Source: Vulcanimicrobiota bacterium
Lineage (GTDB): Bacteria > Vulcanimicrobiota > Xenobia > Xenobiales > JADMJV01
Assembly (NCBI GenBank): GCA_050250895.1
Contig: JBFWNU010000009.1
Span: 102,488 to 166,487, forward strand
DNA: 64,000 nucleotides
Reading direction: 5' to 3'
Part shown: positions 53,810 through 62,265 of the stretch, in pieces
How positions within the stretch are numbered: the stretch's first letter is position 1
Layout: every line of letters begins with the position of its first letter
Notes under the pieces: generated by a model
What the model saw: the letters and a program-made list of their open reading frames with translations, nothing else
Databases searched by the model: none
Told to the model about the DNA's origin: nothing
Position numbers and translations under genes: made by a program

Positions 53810-54414
53810 CCTATCGCAGTCACGGTAAGCGGCTGTTCGACCTGGTGGCCGCCGGGTTGGGCCTGATCCTGTTGTCTCCGGTGTTGGCGGGGCTGGCCCT
53901 GCTGGTGCGCCAACGCCTGGGATCGCCGGTCTTGTTTCGCCAGCAGCGCCCCGGCAAAGACGGTAAGATCTTCGAGCTGGTCAAGTTTCGCTCGATGACC
54001 GACGAGCGCGACCCGTCCGGCCAGCTCTATCCCGACGAGCGGCGCCTGACCCCGTTTGGCCAGTTTCTGCGCAGCACCAGCCTGGATGAGTTACCCGAGC
54101 TCATCAACGTGCTCAAGGGCGAGATGAGCCTGGTGGGCCCGCGTCCGCTGCTGGTGAAGTATCTCGAGCGGTACAACGATTTTCAGCGACGCCGCCTGGA
54201 AGTCAGGCCCGGCATCACCGGCTGGGCTCAGGTCAACGGACGCAACGCCACCGACTGGAACGAGCGCTTTCGCCAGGATGTCTACTACATCGACCATATG
54301 TCGCTGGCCCTCGACCTCAAGATCCTGTTTATGACCGTCAAGGCGGTGGTGGTGCGCGAGGGTATCTCGCGAGAAGGCCACGCCACCATGCCCGAATTTT
54401 TGGGCGACGACTGA
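53806..54414 (+). CDS. Undecaprenyl-phosphate sugar phosphotransferase (PglC-like)
   Basis: [37 protein letters not shown]. Confidence 0.95.
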   Translation: MTYRSHGKRLFDLVAAGLGLILLSPVLAGLALLVRQRLGSPVLFRQQRPGKDGKIFELVKFRSMTDERDPSGQLYPDERRLTPFGQFLRSTSLDELPELINVLKGEMSLVGPRPLLVKYLERYNDFQRRRLEVRPGITGWAQVNGRNATDWNERFRQDVYYIDHMSLALDLKILFMTVKAVVVREGISREGHATMPEFLGDD

Positions 54415-54454
54415 CTTTCACGATGGTTTGAGGGCCTCGCACTAGATTCAGGGG

Positions 54455-55354
54455 GTGAACCTCTGGCGCCTCTACCACCGTTTCACCCAGCCGAGTCAGC
54501 AACTCTCGGTGGCTCAGGCACGCCAGCACAAAGGCTTTCAGAAGCTCGAGCAAGAGGTGGCCGAACTGACCGGCGCCCTGAGCGATCGCTACCAGGGCCA
54601 GACCACCGACCTGTTCGACCCCAACCTCGACGGTTGGTTGACCCAGGCGAAACTGGTCGAGGGCCGGCCGGTCGAGGTCAAAGCCACCGGCTACGGCATC
54701 AGCTCGAGGACCGAGCTACACCTGAACTGGACTCCTTCCGGCTGGGAAGCACGGCGTCTCTATCTCTTCGAAGGCTGCGCCGGCGAGGACCTGATGGCCA
54801 CCGAACAAAACGCCCACCTGGACGGCGGACAGGTGAAGCTGCAAGAATTCGACTTCTCCGAGTCAGGCCTCTCTATCTATAGAGACCAGCGCTGGGTGGT
54901 CAACGGCCGGCGGGCGGCGCTGGCCGCCATGGTAGACCAACCTATCGACCAGGAGTGGGTCGCCCGGGCTCGCCGACTCGGGTCCGAAGAGCAAGTCGTC
55001 AAGACCTGGAAGACGGCTGTCGCTGGCCACGGGGACCGTCTGCCCGGTCTAAGCCAGTTGCTCGAAGCCGACCCGGCTGCAACTCTCGAGCAGATCGGCT
55101 CGGTCCAAACCCCGGGCTGGCCGCGATTCGAGCGGTTGCTCGCGGTTTTCGGTCGCGAGCCGTCGGGACTGCTGGCCGCGGCCAAAGGTCTGGATTGGCT
55201 CGACGCGCAACGCGCCCAGGGTCTCGACGAGAGCACCGCCTTCCAGCGATTACTGGCTTCTCACCTGCCGGCCACGCTGTCGTTCGCGAGCGTAGGTTTA
55301 AACCTGGAAGAGGACTATCTTCAGGTGGGCAGTTTCGGCCTGGACCGCCACTAG
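54455..55354 (+). CDS. Hypothetical protein with a conserved-looking C-terminal motif
   Basis: Open ORF; ends VGLNLEEDYLQVGSFGLDRH. Confidence 0.7.
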   Translation: MNLWRLYHRFTQPSQQLSVAQARQHKGFQKLEQEVAELTGALSDRYQGQTTDLFDPNLDGWLTQAKLVEGRPVEVKATGYGISSRTELHLNWTPSGWEARRLYLFEGCAGEDLMATEQNAHLDGGQVKLQEFDFSESGLSIYRDQRWVVNGRRAALAAMVDQPIDQEWVARARRLGSEEQVVKTWKTAVAGHGDRLPGLSQLLEADPAATLEQIGSVQTPGWPRFERLLAVFGREPSGLLAAAKGLDWLDAQRAQGLDESTAFQRLLASHLPATLSFASVGLNLEEDYLQVGSFGLDRH

Positions 55355-55375
55355 CGGGCCCTCGCGAGGGCCCGC
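55354..55375. terminator. Perfect 22-bp palindrome between convergent genes (possible bidirectional terminator)
   Basis: GCGGGCCCTCGCGAGGGCCCGC; no U-tract. Confidence 0.5.
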
Positions 55376-55383
55376 CAGGGCTC

Positions 55384-55614
55384 CTAGAGAGCCTTGATGG
55401 CGTCGCGGACCTCGGACCACTGGGCGTGGCGGCCGATCTTCTTCTTCGAGAAGACGCGTTTTCCGTCGACATCGACCTCGAAGGCTCCGCCGCCGGAGGG
55501 AACGAGGGTCAACCCCTCGATTTCGTCACGAAACTCCCCAATCAACTTCTCTGCCATACTGGCAGCCTGAGGAGTGTAGTTTCACATCAAGCAGAATTCG
55601 ATCTGGATCTTCAT
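55384..55614 (-). CDS. SelW/SelT/Rdx family selenoprotein (CxxU), 76 aa
   Basis: GGAGG RBS; MKIQIEFCLM-UGA-NYTPQAAS...LVPSGGGAFEVDVDGKRVFSKK..GRH; absent from the ORF track. Confidence 0.92.
55551..55565 (-). promoter_or_regulatory. Candidate bacterial SECIS apical hairpin
   Basis: CTGCC-AGTAT-GGCAG; loop starts 21 nt after UGA. Confidence 0.75.
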
Positions 55615-55666
55615 TGCTAACCTCCGCTCCTCACCTTCTCTCTGGACGGTTGGATTTCATCTTGGG

Positions 55667-56062
55667 CTAGCTAGCGCGAGCCAGTCGGTCTACGATCATG
55701 GGGTCGATCTTCTGGCGCAACTTCAGGTATTGCTCGCGGTGGCGTTCGGCCATCTCCCAGCAAAAGAGGGCTTTGCGGACCTCGTCGCGTCCCCGGCCGT
55801 CGCGATAGGCTCGCAGGTGGTCAAGACACTGCTCCAGGGCCCGACTCTCACCTTGACTATGCCGCTGGGCCCGGCGAACCGAAATCAGCTCCCCTCGGCG
55901 CAAGGGAAAACCCAGCCACATGCTGTGTTGGGCGTGCTGCTGACGAAGGTGCTGTTCAACCCCTTCGACCCTGTCCAAAAAAACGGCCACGGTCTGCTCT
56001 CCGGCCCGACCCTCGAGCACCTGGCTGCAATAAACTGGTATCATATGTATCGAGTGTTCCAT
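55667..56062 (-). CDS. Hypothetical protein
   Basis: GGAGG upstream of ATG; helical ORF. Confidence 0.6.
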   Translation of the reverse strand: MEHSIHMIPVYCSQVLEGRAGEQTVAVFLDRVEGVEQHLRQQHAQHSMWLGFPLRRGELISVRRAQRHSQGESRALEQCLDHLRAYRDGRGRDEVRKALFCWEMAERHREQYLKLRQKIDPMIVDRLARAS

Positions 56063-56199
56063 CGACCCTCCCTGGCATTGGTTGGCTTGGAACCCATCCT
56101 AGCCCGCCTCCGGGGCCGGTTCAGTGACGCTCGACGGGTGGCCCGGTGACCGCCGTCACCCTTTGAACAGGCTTCAACCAGGCCCGGCCCCGCCCCAAA

Positions 56200-56228
56200 T
56201 TGACCAGAACTCATTTCTGTGCTATATA
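56200..56228 (+). promoter_or_regulatory. Sigma70-type promoter upstream of the HNH gene leader
   Basis: TTGACC-17 nt-TATATA with extended TG. Confidence 0.6.
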
Positions 56229-56378
56229 TTAGTTGTTTTCCAGGGTTCAACGGTCCGCTTGTGAGGAGCACTCCTTGACTTATTTTCAAGCGGACACGGA
56301 AGGGAGAGAAGCCAGATTCAGGCTCCCGGCTCCAGTTGATAACCCCTGCTGGTGCCAAGAGCCTGAAGAGCGAATCGA

Positions 56379-56888
56379 ATGAACAGCTCGGTTCTTGTGC
56401 TCAATGCTAGCTACGAGTATCTCAACGTTACCTCGCTGCAGCGGGCGGTGAAGTTGCTCTACAAAGAGAAGGCCGAACTCGTCGAAACCGTCCAGGGGCA
56501 AGTCATTGGATCGGTGCGGCGGCAGTTCGGCATGCCTTCTATTATCCGCATGCTGTACTACATCCGGCGACCCTTTAAAGAGGTGCCGCTGACGCGTAAG
56601 AATATTCTGGTGCGCGACCAGCACGTCTGTCAGTATTGCGGTCGCAATGGCGACACCGTGGATCACGTCAGGCCCCGCTCGCGCGGGGGGCCCAACACCT
56701 GGACCAACTGTGTCTGCGCCTGCGCCGAGTGCAACCGCAAAAAGAACAACCGCACGCCCGATGAAGCCGGCATGCGGCTGGCTCGCAAGCCGCGCAAACC
56801 CTCGCACTTGCCCTGGGTTCGCATGAAACAAAGTTCGGCCCACCACAGCTGGGCACGCTATCTTTTCTGGGCGGGTGACGGTTTGTGA
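56379..56888 (+). CDS. HNH endonuclease
   Basis: VLVLNASYE, RD...CQYCG, DHV.PRSRGG...W.N...AC..CN.KK. Confidence 0.93.
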   Translation: MNSSVLVLNASYEYLNVTSLQRAVKLLYKEKAELVETVQGQVIGSVRRQFGMPSIIRMLYYIRRPFKEVPLTRKNILVRDQHVCQYCGRNGDTVDHVRPRSRGGPNTWTNCVCACAECNRKKNNRTPDEAGMRLARKPRKPSHLPWVRMKQSSAHHSWARYLFWAGDGL

Positions 56889-56964
56889 TCCGGTTCACAG
56901 ATCGGGTGGTCAGAATCGGTTATCCTCTGGTCAGAAGATAACTCCCATAGACACCCAATCCCCC

Positions 56965-56999
56965 AAGAACACCCCGCCCCCAACGGGGTGTTCTTCTTT
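56965..56999 (+). terminator. Intrinsic terminator (possibly bidirectional with fabZ)
   Basis: AAGAACACCCCG-N7-CGGGGTGTTCTT-CTTT. Confidence 0.8.
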
Positions 57000-57447
57000 A
57001 TCCCTCGACGTCGTCGGTCAGGGCGAACAGGAAATCGGCCCGGGCCAGTTGCTCTTCGCCCACCCGGCACACAATCTCGGTCTTGCCCATGTCCTTGCGC
57101 AGGTTGAGCATGCGAGCCTCGATGTCGAGTCGCTCTCCGGGTTTGGCCGCACGACCGAACTCGGCGTTATCGAGCGACCCAAAAAGAATGTATCGTCCCT
57201 GGCTATCAGGCTGCGAAAGAATCACGGCCGCTCCCACCTGAGCCATGGCTTCTAGCATCAACGACATCGGCATCTCGGGCTGGCCCGGGAAATGTCCCTG
57301 AAAAAAGGGTTCGTTATGGGTCAGTTGCTTGATGCCAACAGCCCGGTCGACCCCTTCTGTCTCGAGGATTCGGTCGATCAGCAAGAACGGATAGCGATGG
57401 GGCAGGTAGCCCATTATTTCTTGAATCGACAGCGCCGGCTTGGACAT
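56998..57447 (-). CDS. fabZ: 3-hydroxyacyl-ACP dehydratase
   Basis: LPHRYPFLLIDR, FFQGHFPG, EAMAQ. Confidence 0.9.
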   Translation of the reverse strand: MSKPALSIQEIMGYLPHRYPFLLIDRILETEGVDRAVGIKQLTHNEPFFQGHFPGQPEMPMSLMLEAMAQVGAAVILSQPDSQGRYILFGSLDNAEFGRAAKPGERLDIEARMLNLRKDMGKTEIVCRVGEEQLARADFLFALTDDVEG

Positions 57448-57549
57448 CCAATCACCTCCCGGTGGGGGCCCGCCATTCTACGGCTCTAACTTGCCCCCCT
57501 GCCAGGCCCGGCCGCAGGAACGCAGGCCGCTTCGGTGAACCGGCGCAGC

Positions 57550-58716
57550 ATGAAACCTGTGGCCATTCTTTCTGCCTGCCGGACCCCCATCGGGAAATTC
57601 GGAGGAACCCTCGCCGAACTGACGGCCGTCGACCTGGGCGTCGTGGCCATCGAAGAGAGTCTTCAACGAGCCAGACTGGCCCCGGCTCAGGTCGACCTGG
57701 CCATCGTGGGAATGGCCCGTCAGGCCGGCTGCGGACCCAACCCGGCTCGCCAGATGGCGGTGCGGGCCGGCATCCCGGTCGAGGCGCCCAGCTACACCCT
57801 CAACCAGGCCTGCGCCTCGGGGTTGGCCGCTCTGGCCATGGCCGCCGGCCATATCGCCCTGGGAGAGGCCCAGGTGGTGGTGGCCGCCGGGGCCGAAAGC
57901 ATGTCCAACGTCCCCTATCTGCTGCCAGCGGCCCGCTGGGGCCTGCGCCTGGGCCATCGCAAACTGGTCGACGGCATGTATCAAGACGGGTTCTTCTGCC
58001 CCCTGGCCGACATGATCATGGGCGAGACAGCCGAGGTCGTGGCCGGCGAACTTTCCATCGGACGGGCCGCCCAGGACGAGTATGCGGCCACCAGCCAGAA
58101 CCGATGCCAGCAAGCCACCGAGGCGGGCCGTTTCGAGGCCGAGCTGGTCCCGGTCAAGACCCGCAAGACGGTGCTCTCGGCAGACGAGCACCCGCGGGCC
58201 AACGTGACCGCTGAAAAGCTGGCCAAGCTCGAGCCCGTTTTTTCCAAAGAAGGCACCATCACGGCCGGCAACGCCTCGGGCATCACCGACGGCGCCTCGT
58301 CTTTGGTGGTCTGCTCACAGGAATATGTCCAAGCCCACGGGCTCAAGCCGATGGCCTGGTATACCGGCGGCAAGACGGTGGGCCTTGATCCTGTCCGTAT
58401 GGGGCTGGGTCCGGTTCACGCCATGCGGGCCTATTTCGCCAACGGCGGCGGCAAACTCGAAGACTACGACTTGATCGAACTCAACGAGGCCTTCGCCGCC
58501 CAGGTGCTGGCCTGCCACACCCAGATGCCGCTGCCGCTCGAGCGGGTCAACGTCAACGGCGGAGCCATCGCCCTGGGCCACCCCATCGGCTGCACGGGCA
58601 ACCGCATCGTGGTCACCCTGCTGCATGAAATGCAAAGGCGCCAGGTAGCCAAAGGTCTCGCCACGCTGTGCGTCTCGGGCGGCCTGGGCATCTGCGCTTC
58701 TTTCGACAACGCTTAG
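57550..58716 (+). CDS. Acetyl-CoA acyltransferase (thiolase)
   Basis: [23 protein letters not shown]. Confidence 0.95.
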   Translation: MKPVAILSACRTPIGKFGGTLAELTAVDLGVVAIEESLQRARLAPAQVDLAIVGMARQAGCGPNPARQMAVRAGIPVEAPSYTLNQACASGLAALAMAAGHIALGEAQVVVAAGAESMSNVPYLLPAARWGLRLGHRKLVDGMYQDGFFCPLADMIMGETAEVVAGELSIGRAAQDEYAATSQNRCQQATEAGRFEAELVPVKTRKTVLSADEHPRANVTAEKLAKLEPVFSKEGTITAGNASGITDGASSLVVCSQEYVQAHGLKPMAWYTGGKTVGLDPVRMGLGPVHAMRAYFANGGGKLEDYDLIELNEAFAAQVLACHTQMPLPLERVNVNGGAIALGHPIGCTGNRIVVTLLHEMQRRQVAKGLATLCVSGGLGICASFDNA

Positions 58717-58762
58717 GGCCCTTAGACCAAAAATCACAGACCGCCGCTGGTATCATGAGGAC

Positions 58763-59197
58763 ATGAAGAATCTCGCAATAGTGGTGGTGGTCGTGGCCGC
58801 GCTCATGACCGCCCTGGTTCAACTCCCCTCGCAACCGCTCGAACTGAACGGAATTCGGCTGGGCATGACCGTCCGAGCACTCGAGGACACCCGCGGTGGC
58901 GAAGCCCTGGTCAACAACGGAGTAGGCGTCTACGATGGCCAGCTCCTCTATCTGGATCAACACGACCGTATCCTCGGTGTCCTGGGTCAACGGCTCGATG
59001 ACCAGCTGGGACCACAAGCCAGCCTGACCGACGTAGAAAATCGTTTCGGCCCCGTCAAGCTACGCCGCCAAACGCGCTGGGGCACGATGCTGACTTATGG
59101 CCACGACCTGCGGGTCTGGAGCCAGGACGGCCGCGGGGTCACCTTTTATCTGCTCGGCGAGGTGCCCGACAGCGCCATCAAAGAACTCTCGCGCTAA
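58763..59197 (+). CDS. Hypothetical exported protein
   Basis: N-terminal hydrophobic signal; GAGG RBS; GIRLGMT motif. Confidence 0.65.
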   Translation: MKNLAIVVVVVAALMTALVQLPSQPLELNGIRLGMTVRALEDTRGGEALVNNGVGVYDGQLLYLDQHDRILGVLGQRLDDQLGPQASLTDVENRFGPVKLRRQTRWGTMLTYGHDLRVWSQDGRGVTFYLLGEVPDSAIKELSR

Positions 59198-59288
59198 AAT
59201 CGAAAAGTAGGGAGAACACACCTTGTAGCGCGGGCATGCACATGCTATGCTGCTAGGCAAACCTAGCAAACAGAATCGGCGGACCTGC

Positions 59289-61271
59289 ATGCCCTGGAAC
59301 GATATAGCCAATAAGCTCCTGCCCGAAGGCACCGAGCCTCAACTCGAAAGCTTGGCCCAACTACTCGAAGCCTCAGCCGGAGAACGGTTGCAGTCGCTGG
59401 CCGTGCTGCGCTTTCTCGAGAGCCTGAAAGGCCCCCTCGACGGCCTGACCGAGCGCTTTCGCTTTCTGGCCCAAACCTGCGGTAGCTGGTCGGCGGCGAA
59501 GTTGGCCCTGTCGCTACTGCGCGAGCCGCTCGAGACGCCCAGTCAAGAGTTGCATCAGGCCCTGCGCAGCAACCATTGCGTGCCGGCGGCCATTCGGCTG
59601 TGCGAGGCTCTGCGTCAAAGCGGCTGTCAAGATCAAGAGCGGCGCCTGCTGGCCCTCGAGGCGGCCGCACTGCTCAGTGACGGAGCCCGCCAGCAGGTCG
59701 AATTGCTGCAGCACTTGCTCGATTCGGCCCCGCTCGAGACCCTCGAGAGCCTGGCCTTTTTGGCCCGCCAGTTGAGGCTGGTCGGCTGGGAGGCGTGTGG
59801 CAGCTGGGGTCTGGTCGAGGATCCCCAGCGCGGCCTGGTCATCAACGACGGCGCCCACCCCGACCGGCGCGAGGCCTTCGGAATGACCTTTACCTCCGAG
59901 CCCATCAGCCTGGAAGGGCAAATTCGTAGCAAGCTTCAGTTTATGGCCAAGGTCGAAATCCTGGGGCTCACCGACCGTTGCCATCTCGAAGTCTCGAGCG
60001 ACGGCCAGGAGTGGGTCAAGCTGGTCAAGTTCGACGGCAGCCAACCGTGGAGCAGCCGCGAGGTGGACCTGTCGGCCTATGACGGTCAGACCATCCGGCT
60101 GCGCTTTCACGTCATCTCGGGCCACGACCGCCAGGGCGGCGGGGTCTATCTCGACCGTCTCTGCCTGACCGGGGTGCTGCCTGACCGCAGCCTGGCTCTG
60201 GGCTGGCAGGCCCAGGCCTGGGAAAGGGACGTCGTGGTGGCCGGCAGCGAGATTCCCTGGGCTTGTACCAGCGGCGACGACAATCACTTGACCAGCCAGC
60301 CTATCGTGCTCGACTCCATCGGTTCGCCGACCCTGTTGCTGAGCTATCGGCTGCAGACCAGCTCGCTCTACGAGCGCTGTCAACTGGAGCTGCAGGTCGA
60401 CGAACAAGATTGGCAAGAGGTCTCGGCCTTTGAAAGCGGCGAGGGACGCCGCACCATCGACCTGGCCCCCTATGGCGGAAGAACCGTCAGACTGAGGTTT
60501 TCTACCAATCTCAACCCACGCCGGCCCGGAGATGGATTCTTCTTGACCCGACTCAAGCTGGTAGGCACCGGTGCTTCCCACAGTTGCCATCGGATGGCTC
60601 CCCTCGACGGCAGCCCCGAGGACGGTCAGCCCCAACGAGAAGGTCTGCGCCAATTGGCTCTGGCCGGACGCTTCGAAGAACTCGGTCATCTGGCCCGGCT
60701 GGTGGCTCAACTCAAGAGCGTGGCCTGCGCCCTGTCCTTCTTGCCGCATCTGCAGACCGAGCAGGACCTACAGGCTCTGCTGGTGCTCCATCTAGCCTTC
60801 AAGGAGCAGGCCGGAGAGCTGTTCGAGCGATTGCGCGCCAGCAGCCGCGGCGACGAAGACCTCGAGCGGCTGGCCCGCCTGATGGTGTTGACCGGTCCCG
60901 ACGGCTATCTGGCCGCCCGCGACTTGCTGGGCGAAGGCCTGTTGGCGGCGGGCGAAGTGGATGCCAACATCGATCTCTATCTAGAGCTGGCCCGCCTGTG
61001 GGGAGTCGACCTGGCCGAAAGCGCCTTCAATCTGCTGCTGGTCCCGGTGGCCGCCGAAAGCCTGGCCGAACGACGGCAAGCCTTCGTCCAGCTCGTCCAG
61101 GCTTGCCCCGACGAGCCCGACGACGCCCTGCGCGACTGGGGTCTGGTGACCCGTTGGACGGGGGACCAGAGCCTGGGCGAGGCGGTGGGAAGTTTCGTGA
61201 CCCGGCTCGAGGCCGAAGGACAGGAAAAGGCCCGGAACCATCTGGCCCAGGCCCAAAGAGTGGCGTCTTAA
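59289..61271 (+). CDS. Hypothetical protein with two tandem beta-sandwich (jelly-roll-like) repeats between helical regions
   Basis: Twice: S.PI.L...L....L(E/Q)V..D...W.....F......(V/I)DL..Y.G.T.RLRF...G...L..L.L. Confidence 0.7.
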   Translation: MPWNDIANKLLPEGTEPQLESLAQLLEASAGERLQSLAVLRFLESLKGPLDGLTERFRFLAQTCGSWSAAKLALSLLREPLETPSQELHQALRSNHCVPAAIRLCEALRQSGCQDQERRLLALEAAALLSDGARQQVELLQHLLDSAPLETLESLAFLARQLRLVGWEACGSWGLVEDPQRGLVINDGAHPDRREAFGMTFTSEPISLEGQIRSKLQFMAKVEILGLTDRCHLEVSSDGQEWVKLVKFDGSQPWSSREVDLSAYDGQTIRLRFHVISGHDRQGGGVYLDRLCLTGVLPDRSLALGWQAQAWERDVVVAGSEIPWACTSGDDNHLTSQPIVLDSIGSPTLLLSYRLQTSSLYERCQLELQVDEQDWQEVSAFESGEGRRTIDLAPYGGRTVRLRFSTNLNPRRPGDGFFLTRLKLVGTGASHSCHRMAPLDGSPEDGQPQREGLRQLALAGRFEELGHLARLVAQLKSVACALSFLPHLQTEQDLQALLVLHLAFKEQAGELFERLRASSRGDEDLERLARLMVLTGPDGYLAARDLLGEGLLAAGEVDANIDLYLELARLWGVDLAESAFNLLLVPVAAESLAERRQAFVQLVQACPDEPDDALRDWGLVTRWTGDQSLGEAVGSFVTRLEAEGQEKARNHLAQAQRVAS

Positions 61272-61726
61272 AGCCAGCTCAGGTCGACTTCTTCAACGAC
61301 GTTCCAACCCGGGATCTGACGATTGTAGGTCGTCAGTACTCCGCGCAAGCCGCGGCTGGTCTGTTCGAACTCCAGGCAGTGCACCGAGTCGGTCGAAAAG
61401 CGCACGCCGCGCACGCTGGCCGGTCCGCTCGACAGGTGCTCTTCGCAGAAGTATCCGTCGGCCGAGGTGCCGCGGTAGCCGATGCGGGTGACCACGCCGC
61501 CGCCGCGATAGCAAAGATAGAAGGGGCGGTCGTCTTCGTCGGGCAGGGGCGAGGAGTTGTTGTCCCAGGCGGGCAGCGAGCGGTCGATGTAGCCCTCGTA
61601 GAAGTTCAGTTGGCGCTGGGCCTGCTTGCCGTTCAGCGGGGCGCGAACGAGGCTCCGCGAGGGGAGTTCGCCACGCTCGAAGCGTTCGATACCGCGTTTG
61701 ACATCCGTCCACTGCACTCTGGTCAT
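61268..61726 (-). CDS. Hypothetical protein
   Basis: Open ORF with plausible composition. Confidence 0.6.
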   Translation of the reverse strand: MTRVQWTDVKRGIERFERGELPSRSLVRAPLNGKQAQRQLNFYEGYIDRSLPAWDNNSSPLPDEDDRPFYLCYRGGGVVTRIGYRGTSADGYFCEEHLSSGPASVRGVRFSTDSVHCLEFEQTSRGLRGVLTTYNRQIPGWNVVEEVDLSWL

Positions 61727-61770
61727 AGTATGATACTACCGGCTGAGTGACAGTTACGCTGTGAGCTGCT

Positions 61771-62148
61771 TCACAAACTGTCGCGGGGCTCTAGAGCGTA
61801 TACTTTCAGACCTTTCCACTTCTTGAGCACCACCTTGCCGGCCGGAAAACCCCTCGGCTTGCTCACCTCGTGCACTCGGCAGTAGTGCACTTCTACCTTG
61901 CCACCGGCCTCGCGGGCCTTGGAGAAGTGGGCGGCCAGGCCGGCCGCGTGCGCCAGGACCGAGCGGGGAATCTCGCCCCGGTGGGGGTTCTTTACTACTA
62001 CATGGCTACCCGCGTAGCCGCCCGCGTGCAGCCAAAAGTCCTGCGGTTCGGCCACCTTGAAGGTCAGGATATCGTTGTCGCGGGCACCTTTACCGACCAG
62101 AATCTGGTATCCCTCGAACTCATAGGCTCGATAGCACTCGGCAGCCAT
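61771..62148 (-). CDS. Stand-alone NFACT RNA-binding domain (DUF814) protein
   Basis: ILVGK.A.DND.LT, DFWLHA...GSHVV, AA.LAA.FSKA, V.KP.G...G.V. Confidence 0.9.
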   Translation of the reverse strand: MAAECYRAYEFEGYQILVGKGARDNDILTFKVAEPQDFWLHAGGYAGSHVVVKNPHRGEIPRSVLAHAAGLAAHFSKAREAGGKVEVHYCRVHEVSKPRGFPAGKVVLKKWKGLKVYALEPRDSL

Positions 62149-62214
62149 GTCAGGTCTCCTCAGGGGGAGTATTTTCCCGGACTGCCAGCGTGAAAACCCT
62201 CCCCTTGCTCCTTC

Positions 62215-62228
62215 CTGATCTAGATCAT
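62215..62228 (+). promoter_or_regulatory. FNR/FixK-like box upstream of ccoN
   Basis: CTGAT-CTAG-ATCAT versus consensus TTGAT-N4-ATCAA. Confidence 0.55.
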
Positions 62229-62265
62229 CCAATCCAACGGCCGATTTGACTATGGTGGAGGTGCG

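Noticed and set aside
56235-56378. Known riboswitch or SRP RNA
   Set aside because: By eye it lacks the consensus cores of cobalamin, c-di-GMP, ZTP, fluoride and 4.5S RNAs; kept only as an unknown structure.
56379-56888. IscB/HEARO or Cas9-like RNA-guided nuclease
   Set aside because: Only 169 aa, with no PLMP, RuvC or bridge helix.
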